From positions 248,001 to 312,000 of the forward strand of contig JABVCE010000032.1 in the NCBI GenBank assembly GCA_014905635.1: a DNA stretch of 64,000 bases. The letters are read 5' to 3'. Below the pieces are notes generated by a model. It had not been told where the DNA came from. It saw nothing but the letters and a program-made list of their open reading frames with translations, and made no database searches. Source of the stretch: Scenedesmus sp. PABB004. Taxonomy: Eukaryota. Of this stretch, positions 47,381 to 57,055 are shown in pieces (within the stretch, counting starts at the first letter, position 1; every line of letters begins with the position of its first letter). Position numbers and translations under genes: made by a program.

Positions 47381-48400
47381 CTAAATCAGCAGCAACGCGT
47401 CGTCATCCAGCAGGCGGACAAAGCCGCCTGGCGGCAGCGCCCCACCCACGCCGGGCAGGGTTCGCTCCGCCTGCACCAGCGTCTGGCTGTGCAGCGCCAG
47501 CTGTGCTGCTGCGGCCGCCGCGGTCGCGGCCGCGCTGCTCGGCGCGACCATCGACGCCACGCCCGCCATCAGCTCCTGGCTGAGCCCCATGGGCAGCAGC
47601 CCCGGCGCGCCACACGGCGCCGAGGGCAGCGGCAGGCCGGTCGCGTCCTTGCCCAGCAGCAGCTGGTGCTGCTGCGCCCGCAGCGCGGCAGCCGCCGTGC
47701 AGGACAGGGGCGCGAGCGTGGCGCACGCGCGCTGCAGCAGCCACGGCGGAAAGGTGGGCGTCGCTGCCTCGCCGGCCACGAAGTCGGCGGTGCTGCTGCG
47801 GCTCCGCTTGCAGTGCTGCACCGCGCCGCCGTGGCGGTCCAGGGGCTCGCCTGGGCTGCCTGCGGTGCCGCTGCCGACGTCAGCCACCGCCGCCAGCGGC
47901 TCGCTGTGGCGCTTGCAGCCGAGCGGCGCGGCGCGCGGGCCGGCGTTGCGCGGGCTCAGCGCCAGCACCGGCTCGCTGAGCGCCGCGCCGCAGCGCGGCC
48001 ACCATGCGTCGCGGTGCGACGGCCGCCCGGCCGGCGCGCTGTGCTGGCGCCGCAGCTCGTGCGGAGCCGGGTCCTCGAGCGCGCCTGCAACCGCCGCGAA
48101 TGGTGCCGGCTCCGCGCTCGCCTGCCGCTGGGTCGCGCTGCCGCTGCCGGACGGCTCCGCGGCGGCGCTGCGCGCGCGGTCGCTGTCGCCGCCGGTGGTG
48201 GCGGCGCCTGCCACCTCGCCGCTGCTGCTGCCAAAGTAGCTGTCCAGGAAAGCGTCGACGCCCTCGAACGCTGGCGGGAGTGCCCCCGCCGACTGCGCCG
48301 CGTACGCCTGCAGCAGCGTGTCCTGCTGGCGGTCCAGGCGGCGCTCGATGGATCTCAGCGCGTCCAGCAGCGCCGCCAGGGGGATCTCGCTGGCCGCCAT
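47381..48400 (-). CDS. Intronless hypothetical protein (339 aa), inverted-pair left copy
   Basis: Open ORF, N-terminal coiled coil LLDALRSIERRLDRQQ, ends FVRLLDDDALLLI*; paralog at 49297-50313 with indels that keep frame. Confidence 0.7.
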   Translation of the reverse strand: MAASEIPLAALLDALRSIERRLDRQQDTLLQAYAAQSAGALPPAFEGVDAFLDSYFGSSSGEVAGAATTGGDSDRARSAAAEPSGSGSATQRQASAEPAPFAAVAGALEDPAPHELRRQHSAPAGRPSHRDAWWPRCGAALSEPVLALSPRNAGPRAAPLGCKRHSEPLAAVADVGSGTAGSPGEPLDRHGGAVQHCKRSRSSTADFVAGEAATPTFPPWLLQRACATLAPLSCTAAAALRAQQHQLLLGKDATGLPLPSAPCGAPGLLPMGLSQELMAGVASMVAPSSAAATAAAAAAQLALHSQTLVQAERTLPGVGGALPPGGFVRLLDDDALLLI

Positions 48401-49296
48401 GGCGCAGGGGGAGGGTGCCCTCTGCGATTAGCCTGAGCAGCGATCTCTCTCTGCGCGCGGGCGCGCCGCCATGCGACCGCGGCGAGCGACACGGCGTCAG
48501 GGAGTGGTGGCGGTCGCCCGCGCGCTGCAGCAGAATGCGCCGCGCGGCCGGCTACAGCTGCGGGGAAGCTGCGGTGCAGAGCACGCGCGCGCGCCTGTTT
48601 GCCGCCCACAGCGCGCTTCCGCTCTCCCCGGATATGGTGCGCGTGGCGGGGGCATTTCGGGCTCCAGGCGGCGCCACAACCTAATACCAAATGGCGCACA
48701 TTTTGGAAGTTCGCGGTCGGCGGGCGTGAATTCTCATCTCGGCTGCTCGGCCGGCTCCTGGGGCGCGTGGGAGACGAGCGGTTCGGGCGTGCAGAGCCAC
48801 GGCAGGGAGGCAGGCCGCCTTCGCGGCGGCGAGCGGCGGCGAGCGGCGGCGAGCGGCGGGGCGGCGAGCAGGCAGCTTTGTGCAGACAGCGGGAGGTGGC
48901 CCGCGTGACCACATTGCAGGGGTGGGTAAAGGCAGTTGCAGCAGCTCCTGAGGTGGTGTCACCCTTGCACCGTCGCGTGCGTCGCGCTGCTGTGGTAGCT
49001 AGCCGCCGCGCGGCGATGCCGCCATTGCGCGCAAGCGGACTGCTGCTGCTGAGCCGGGGTGGGTCTGTGGACTTTGTGGCACAAACGCTGCCCCAAACGG
49101 TGCGGGGCGGGGGTGGTGGCGATCACTATAAACGCCGTAGCGGCTGCCCGCGGGGCCGCGCCGGCCCGTGCGTGCCTTGAACGTTCGTGTGGGGCATAGG
49201 AAAGCTACCGGGGCGCCGACACGGCGCGTCGAAACACAGGCGCGCCAGGCACCGCACGCAAGCGATGCCGCTGTCGCAGGCACGTCTCGGAAAGCC

Positions 49297-50313
49297 ATGA
49301 TCGCTGGCAGCGAGGTCCCCCTGGCGGCGCTGCTGGACGCGCTGAAGTCCATCGAGCGCCGCCTGGACCGCCAGCAGGACGCGCTGCTGCAGGCGTGCAC
49401 GGCGCCGTCGGCGGCACCCCCGGCGTTCGAGGGCGTAGACGCGTTTGAGGGCGTCGACGCCTTCCTGGACGGCTACTTTGGCGGCAGTGGCGAGCTGGCA
49501 GGCGCCGGCACCGCCGGCGGCGACAGCGACGCGGCGCGCAGCGCTGCGGAGCCGTCCGGCAGCGCGACCCAGCGGCAGGCGAGCGCGGAGCCGGCACCGT
49601 TCGCCGCGGCTGCCGGCGCGCTCGAGGACCCGGCTCCGCACGAGCTGCGGCGCCAGCACAGCGCGCCGGCCGGGCGGCCGGCGCACGGCGGCGCGTGGCC
49701 GGGCTGCAGCGCGGCGCTCAGCGAGCCGACGCTGGCGCTGAGCCCGCGTGCCGGCCCGCTCGCCGCGCCGCTCGGCTGCAAGCGCCACAGCGAGCCGCTG
49801 GCGGCGGTGGCCGACGTCGGGAGCGGCACGGGGGGCAGCCCAGGCGAGCCCCTGGATCGCCGCGGCGGCGCGGTGCAGCACTGCAAGCGGAGCCGCAGCA
49901 GCGCCGCCATCGTCGTGGCCGGCGAGGCGGCGACACCTACCTTTCCGCCGTGGCTGCTGCAGCGCGCGTGCGCCACGCTCGCGCCCCTGTCCTGCACGGC
50001 GGCGGCCGCGCTGCGGGCGCAGCAGCACCAGCTGCTGCTGGGCAAGGACGCGACCGGCCTGCCGCTGCCCTCGGCGCCGTGTGGCGCGCCGGGGCTGCTG
50101 CCCATGGGGCTCAGCCAGGAGCTGATGGCGGGCGTGGCGTCGATGGTCGCGCCGAGCAGCGCGGCCGCGACCGCGGCGGCCGCAGCAGCACAGCTGGCGC
50201 TGCACAGCCAGACGCTGGTGCAGGCGGAGCGAACCCTGCCCGGCGTGGGCGGGGCGCTGCCGCCAGGCGGCTTTGTCCGCCTGCTGGATGACGACGCGTT
50301 GCTGCTGATTTAG
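49297..50313 (+). CDS. Intronless hypothetical protein (338 aa), inverted-pair right copy
   Basis: GCCATG start at 49297, TATAAA at 49127-49132, C-terminal half identical in protein to the left copy. Confidence 0.72.
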   Translation: MIAGSEVPLAALLDALKSIERRLDRQQDALLQACTAPSAAPPAFEGVDAFEGVDAFLDGYFGGSGELAGAGTAGGDSDAARSAAEPSGSATQRQASAEPAPFAAAAGALEDPAPHELRRQHSAPAGRPAHGGAWPGCSAALSEPTLALSPRAGPLAAPLGCKRHSEPLAAVADVGSGTGGSPGEPLDRRGGAVQHCKRSRSSAAIVVAGEAATPTFPPWLLQRACATLAPLSCTAAAALRAQQHQLLLGKDATGLPLPSAPCGAPGLLPMGLSQELMAGVASMVAPSSAAATAAAAAAQLALHSQTLVQAERTLPGVGGALPPGGFVRLLDDDALLLI

Positions 50314-50937
50314 GAAGCTCTGGCACCGCACAGCGTCGAGGCGGCCGCCTCGTCGACCAGTTGCCGGCGCCCCTCTCAGCATTTGCTGGTTGTGCGGAGA
50401 TCACGTACAAGCACACATCATAGCAGCGCAGCTGCGTCCATTTCGGAGGCAGCGCCTCCGAAATGGCAACGCCTTGTGTGGGCAGCGGCTTGCGTACGAA
50501 CGTTCCGATCTTGACTGAACGTCAGTGAACAGCGTGATTGCCGACTCACACAGCTGTGAGTGGGTCATGTGTGAGTGGCGGCTGTGACAAGCCGGGTGGT
50601 TTAAGAACCCATTTTTCAGGCCTCAAGGCTGCCAAGTTGATCATCTTGCTGTGTCCAACGAGCTGGAGTTTGGTGGGTGGTTTGAGCAGCGCGGACGGCC
50701 CGTGGCGGCCAGGAAAGCTGCGTGCGCTGCACACGTGCTGCAGCATCAACTCGGTGCACAATCACACGGGGGCTGTGCGCACGTGGCGCTAGATTCAGCC
50801 TTATGAAGAAGAAAATCGCAGTCTGTTGAAAAACAACACAGCAAATGTTACACGCTATCTCACTGACCAACAACAAGGGGTGGGGGGGGGGGGGTCAGTG
50901 CACATGGACAGGGGAGGCAGTGCGCTGTTGTTCAAGG

Positions 50938-51305
50938 CAGGCGCCGCGCTGCGGGGGTGTGCGGAGCGGCGAGAGTGCGCGCGTGGGGTTGCACGGGTGT
51001 GCAGGGCTTGTGGTGGTGCATGCACTGCATGGGTGGGGGCAGGCTGCACGGGTGTGGGCCCGGCCGGCACCAGGCCGGGCTTGGTGGCGCCGGTGCGGGC
51101 ACGCGGGGGTTTGGTGGCGCCATTTTGCGCGTCCGGGGTTACGACAGCGGGTCGGCGGCCTCCCAGTCGTGCAGCAGGCTGTGCACATCACACTGCACGA
51201 GCTCCAGGAACCAGACGAGCCACTCCCTCGTCCTCGTCGGCCTCAAAGCCGAGCTGCGCCAGCGCCGCAGCGCGTGCCTCGGGCAGCGCACCGCAAGCCA
51301 GCTGC
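50938..51305 (-). pseudogene. Fragmentary copy of HA-gene 3' end and 3' flank
   Basis: 50938-51170 aligns to 43765-43998; 51181-51305 aligns to 44220-44345. Confidence 0.8.
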
Positions 51306-51577
51306 CTCTACACGCCGTGCTTGTGTGTGCAGTTGTTGGCGGCGCGACTGCTCGTCGGAGGGGGGGGGGACTGGGTGGTGCCAGCGGCAGGACAGGGCAG
51401 GACTTTTACCGCGCCCGTCCGCTGCACGCATGGCGCGTCAGAAGTCCGCCCGCCCGGCAGTGCTTCGGTGCCGCCGGCGCACGCTGCGCGTGCCGCGCGG
51501 GCAATGCGCCCGCGCGCGCCCCGCCCCCAAAAATGACGGCGGCGCCCCCCCCCTCTGGTGCGGCTGCGCGCGGGCCC

Positions 51578-54500
51578 TCACGGCGTCGCCGCCTCGGCCG
51601 CGCCGGCGCTGGCCGCGCCGCTCCACGGGCACTTGCCGCCAGGGGCACTCGCATCCGCCCTGCCGCCGCCGCTCGATAAGGCCGCCGCCGCGCCCACCGG
51701 CTGCGGGCGGGGCTCCGGCGCGCGCGGCGCAGGCGACGGCGGCTGCGCAGCAGTCGCGGCTGCACCACTGCGTGGCGGCGGCGCGTCTGCGCGGGGCGTG
51801 ACGGTCATCCACAGCCCCGCCACGGTGTGGATCGTTGCGCCTGGCGAAGGGGGGGGGAGGGGGGGGGGGGGGGTGGTCGGCGGGGCGGGCGGGCGGGCGG
51901 GCGGGCGGGCGGGCGGCGGGGGCTTTGCCCCCGAGCGCTCACCGGTGGTCATGCCGACCGGGGGCGCGTCGGGCGCGAGCGCAAAGTCGAAGCGCGCCGT
52001 GAGCGTCGCGAGCGCGGTGAGCGCCTCAAACAGCGCAAAGGTGTCGCCGATGCACTTGCGCCGCCCGCCGCCAAAGGGGAGGTACCGGAAGCCCTCCGTC
52101 ACCTGCAGGCGAGGGGGGGGGCGCGGGGGTTATTGGGGGAGGGGGCGCAGGTGGGGCGCGCGCAGAGCCGGGTGCTGGCGGAGTCCCCCCCCACACACAC
52201 ACCCCACCCACCCACCCACCCACCCACCCACCCCCCACACGTACGCACCTCGTTGGGCGGCGGCGCGTCGAGGGGGAAGCGCTCCGGCCTGAACGCGTCT
52301 GGGTCGTCCCAGAGCGCGGGCGAGCGGTGGAGGTTCCACACGCTGATGAAGATGTCGCTGCCCGCGGGGACGACGTACTCGTCAAACGCGTCGTCAGCCA
52401 GCGCGCTGCGGGCCCGGGGAGGGGGGGGGGTGAGAACGGCGGCCAGGTCTGTGCACAGCAGCCCCGCCGCCCCGCGCGGCCGCCAGCGACCCCTCTCCCC
52501 GCACCGGCGTATGAGCACCGGGGGCTGGGGGTAGAGGCGCATCGCCTCATTGATGACGCGCGTGGTGTAGTGCAGCTCCCGCAGCTGGTCCACGCTCGGC
52601 GCGCCGCCGCCCACCACCGCGTCGACCTTGAGAGGGGGGGGGGGGGGGCGGGGCCGCGCTGGGCGCTGGCGGGCCACGCGCCATGCCCTGGGTCTGGCCC
52701 ATGCACGCGCGCGCGCAGCGTGTGCTGCATGCACTAGCGCGCACCTCTGCGCGCACGCGCGCGACCACGCGCGGGTGCTGCGCGAGGAGGTAGAAGGTCC
52801 AGGTCAGCACCGCCGCGGTGGTCTCGTGCCCCGCGATGAGCATCGTCATCAGGTCGTCACGCAGCTGGCGGCTGCTGATCTCGTCGCCTGACAGGGGGGG
52901 GGGAGGGTGTGTGTGTGTGGGGGGAGGGACTGGGCCGGGCCAGCGCGCACGCCCTCCCCCCCTCTCACAACCCCCGCCCACCCGAGGCGACGAGGAAGCG
53001 CAGTATGCTGGGGTCGTCCTCGCTCAGGTACTCCTCGCCAAACGACGGCTGCTCCGCCTCCACCAGCGCGCGGCACTGCGCGATCAGGCCGTCCAGGCAG
53101 CCGTTGATGACCTGGGAAGGGGGGGGGCAGGTCGGCACAGCCGCTGCTGCTGCGCAACGCACTCCCCCCACCCCACCCCAGACCCCAGCGCCCCCAGCGC
53201 CGCCGCTGCGCACGCGCCTGGAGCGCCGCTGTGACGCGGCGCTGGCGCGGCACGAGCCAGCGCGCGGGGGGAAAGTTCCAGTAGGGCAGCGGCGCGGTGG
53301 AGCGGTACTCTGCCTCGCGCAGCGCGGTGTAGACGGCGGATATGACCGGGTCGTCGTGGGTGAGGGAGTCAAACTCATAGTTGAACACCGCCTGGTGCAG
53401 GGTTCAGGGTCGAAGGAGGGGCGTTGTGTGTGTGTGTGGGGGGGGGGTTGAGAGGGGGGCGGGGGTGAGGGCGCGTGCGGAGCCCCCTGCCCCCCCCACC
53501 ACACCCACGCCCCACCGCACCTTGCCGATGATGTCAAGCGCGAGGCGGCTGAAAAAGTTCTCCATCTCCACAGACTCACCCGACGCCGCCGCCGCAGACA
53601 GCCGGCCGTCGCAGCCGTGCGCCGCGCACGCGCCAAACATCGACACCTGGCGGCGCCGGCAGCGGTGGTGGCGGCGGCGCAAGCGGGGGCCGCTGCCGCT
53701 GCGGTGTGCAGCAGCCCCCTCATTCCCCGCGTCGCCGCGCCGCGGCCAGCGCTCGCTCACCATGCTGGCGACGTACTTTTTGTGCAGCGCCGGCACGATC
53801 GCGCGGCGGCGCACGCGCCAGACCTCGCCGTCCGCGGGGATGAGGCCCTGGCCCATCACAAAGTCCAGGATCTCGCTGCGCGTGGTGGGTGGGTGCGGGG
53901 GGGGGGGGGGGGTGAGGGAGGCTGCTGCTGCTCAGGCGGGCCCCTGGCCAGCCCCGGCCAGCCTCCCCCCCTCCTTGCCCCTCCCCTTGCCCCCCCCCCC
54001 CGCATGCCTGAGGATGCCCTTGGAGTACTTGTCCGCGTGCGTCGACAGCACCTGCCGCGCGTAGCCCGGGTCGCTGATGATGATGAAGGTCTTGGGCCCA
54101 AAGCTGAGGCGGAAGATCTTGCCGTAACGCAGGTACAGCTTGTACCTGCGGGGAGAGGGGACGCGGGCGCCCGCTCGCGTGGGCGCGGACGGCGGCACGC
54201 CACGCGCCCGCCGCCCGCGCGTCGCCGCCGCTCACAGCGGGACAAACACGGGCTGGCCCACGATCTCCCGGATGTCGCCTGCGGGCGCGGGGCGGAGGGG
54301 CACGGGGGCGGCGCTGCTTTGGGGCCAGCCGCTGCGGCGGCCGCGGCAGCTCGCGCCCCAGCGGGCGGCTGCGCACCCGTCGCGGTGGGCAGGCGGGACG
54401 CGGCCGCCGCGCGCCACTCGCGGCCCAGGCGCGCCAGCGCGAGCGCCAGCGCGCGGCCTGCGCCGAGCGGGGGGGGGGGAGCGGGGCGTCAGCAGCCGCC

Positions 54501-54866
54501 GCAGCGCTGCCGCTGCTGCCGCCAGCCGGCGCTGCTGCCGCTGCCGCCTGCAGCAAGCACGGCCCCCTGCGCACCGACGCCGACGGGGTCCTGGGCCAGG
54601 AACTTGCGCACGGGGCGGGTCAGCTTCTCCTTCGTCGACCCCGCGTCGGTGAACTCGCCCGAGAGGATGCGCGCCGACAGCTCGTCCGCCGCGGCCGCGT
54701 CCTCCTCGGCGTCGGCGGGCCGCTCATCGTCCCGGGGCGCCGCGCACGGCGCAATGCGGGCCCGACCGCGCCGCGGCGGGGCTGGGAAGAGCGGCGCGGC
54801 GCCGGGCGGCCGCGGCACCGGCGCCGCGTGCCGCCCCGAGGCGAGGCCGGGCCGGCGCGCCAGCAT
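51578..54866 (-). CDS. CYP97A: Cytochrome P450 CYP97A carotenoid beta-ring hydroxylase
   Basis: [66 protein letters not shown], heme motif [11 protein letters not shown]. Confidence 0.95.
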
Positions 54867-55119
54867 TGGCGGGCTGCACCCGGTCGCGCGCCAGCCGCCG
54901 GGCGCTGAGGCTCGGGCGCGCGGGCGGCGGCGTGCGGCGGCGAGCAGCGGCGGGCGCCGACCGGCGGCGCGCGACGACGAGCGGTGAGGCCTGCAGTGCA
55001 GACCGCTGAGAGTAGCGGAGCCAGGCAGCTCAGGTGTGCGCTCCGGCAGGCTCGCGCGACGTGCCGCGGCCCGGCGCAAGCCCTGCCAGGGCTTGCGGCT
55101 GCTGCGCCGCCGCGCGCGC

Positions 55120-56242
55120 GGCAGATTGCGGCGGCTGGTGTCGCTGCACGCGCTGCTGGGCGGCGGCGCCGACGTGGACATGATATGGATGGTCACGCGC
55201 GAGCCGCGCCTGCTGGCGGCCAGCCGGCACGACATGATGGCGCGGCTCTCGGCGATGCGGGTGCGCCGCGCCGGAGCAGCGCTGGGGGCGGATGCACGGG
55301 AGCTGGGGAGCAGGCTGGCGTGTGTGCGCGCCCCTGACGAAGGCCGCCGCGCCCCTGTCGACGGCGGCGTCGCGCAGCTGGCGAGCGCGCGCGTGCCGGG
55401 GGGCGTGGACGTCGTGAGGCTGGTGGAGGCGCAGCCCACGCTGTTGCTGGGCGGCGAGCCGGGCGCCGACTGGGCGGCGCTGAGCGGGGAGGAGCTGGCG
55501 GGCCTCGTCCAGGTGGGACGGCGCTTGGCGCCCAGCGCATGGCGCCCAGCGCGTGGTGCAGCGGCGCCGCCGAAGCAGCAGCCACGCACGCCGCCCCACA
55601 CGCCGCGCTCGCCCACGCAGTCCTGGGAGCACGGTGTCGCGTGCGACGGCGACCCCGAGTGGCGGCAGCGCCTGGCGCAGCTGCGCGCGTATCGCGCGGC
55701 GCACGGCGACACAGGCGCGGGCTTTCGCTCGGGCGACGACCCGGGCCTGGTGCGGTGCGGGGGCGAGGGGTTGGGAGGGAGGGCTGCTCACGCGCTCGGG
55801 CGTGACTCGCTCTCATCCGGCCGGGCCGGCGGCGCCACAGGTGGGCGGCCAGGCAGCGGCGCCAGCTCGCGCGCGGCTCGCTGCCCGAGGCGCGCGCTGC
55901 GGCACTGGAGGAGCTCGGCTTTAAGGCCGACGAGGACGAGGCGGAGTGGCTGGTCTGGTTCCTGGAGCTCACACGGTGCGATGTGCACGGTCTGCAGCGC
56001 CACCAGCCTGCCGCGCGCACGCGTGACACCGTGCGACCGCCGCTGGCCTGCCGCCGCCGCTCTGCCACCACGCCAGGTTCAAGGAGGCGCACGGCCACGC
56101 GAGCCCGCTGTCCCTGAGCGGCGGCGCCGACTTTTACCTCATCAACTGGTGCTCTGTGCAGCGCGTGGCGGCGCGCTGCGGCGTGCTGAGCGCGCGGCGC
56201 ACGGAGCTGCTGGGCAGCATCGGCTTTGACTGGGAGGCCGCC
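55120..56242 (+). pseudogene. Inverted partial copy of the mTERF-like/HA gene (introns retained)
   Basis: Aligns to the reverse complement of 43985-45065; lacks the 5' exons and the native stop. Confidence 0.85.
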
Positions 56243-56412
56243 CGGCGCCGGGCGCGGTGGTGGCGGGGCGCACTGCCACTCTAGCGCAAGGCGCCGCGGC
56301 CTTGAGCGGCCCTTGGCCGATGCCGGGTGCATCCAGGCCTGCGGAGCCAACCTGCGCGCATGCCGGCGCCGCCGGCGCCGCCGCCGCACTGCAGTGCGTG
56401 GCGGCGGCAGCG

Positions 56413-56631
56413 ATGGCCGACAGCGCCGCGTGGCAGGCGGTCAAGCCGTACGTCAACGGCGGCGCAGCGGCATGATGCGACCTGCATCATCCAGCCCATC
56501 GACATGGTCAAGGTCCGCCTGCAGCTCGGCGCGACCGGCGGCCCGGTGAGCGCGGCGGCGGGCGGGCGGCGCGCGACCCGGCCTGCGCGCCCCTCGCGCC
56601 TCCTCTCCGCGCAGCTGGGCGTGGCGCGCGG
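56413..56631 (+). pseudogene. Inverted 5' fragment of DTC (third copy)
   Basis: MADSAAWQAVKPYVNGG, then frameshifts; ends shortly after the first intron (LGVAR). Confidence 0.85.
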
Positions 56632-56698
56632 CAGCAGCCATCTGCCTGTGTGGCGTGCCCCTCTCACGCCTCCTGGCAGCACGCTCGCGCAGCTGGGG

Positions 56699-56797
56699 CC
56701 TCGCGACATTATTCCGCGGCCACACGGCTGACATGCCGCATGCGCGCCCATGCGCATGCGCCATGTCAGGCGGAGTGAGCGGAATAATGGTGCGAGG
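56699..56797. repeat. Imperfect ~47-bp-arm foldback
   Basis: CCTCGC..CATTATTCCGC..CTGACATG.CGCATGCGC / GCGCATGCG.CATGTCAG..GCGGAATAATG..GCGAGG with a 6-nt loop. Confidence 0.8.
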
Positions 56798-56844
56798 TGT
56801 TGGAATGGTATGGGGCGGGACCGCGCGGGCGGCGCACTCCATCG

Positions 56845-57055
56845 GCAAATTTCCGCGTAATGCAGTGGTTTTCCGCGGAAAATGGCTTCACCGAAATCAG
56901 CATTTGCGAACTCGTGGAAGTGCTGTTTGCGCCGCGCCTGAGCGCAAACCAATTCCACCTCCTCACGCGTCTCTGGCGCCACACACCTGGCGCTGCAATG
57001 CACTGATTGGTTGTGCAACTTATCACTACCCGTCCTGTCCTGCGGAAAATTCAAC
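56845..57055 (+). promoter_or_regulatory. Promoter with perfect palindrome TTTTCCGCGGAAAA (56869-56882) and half-sites
   Basis: Also ATTTCCGCGTAAT 56849-56861 and CTGCGGAAAAT 57040-57050; motif shared with 11687. Confidence 0.55.

Noticed and set aside
7555..54866. Lipid/carotenoid gene cluster (TGD2, MFP, LPAAT, DTC, CYP97A)
   Set aside because: The products act in different compartments and pathways and are interspersed with unrelated genes; no shared motif was seen.
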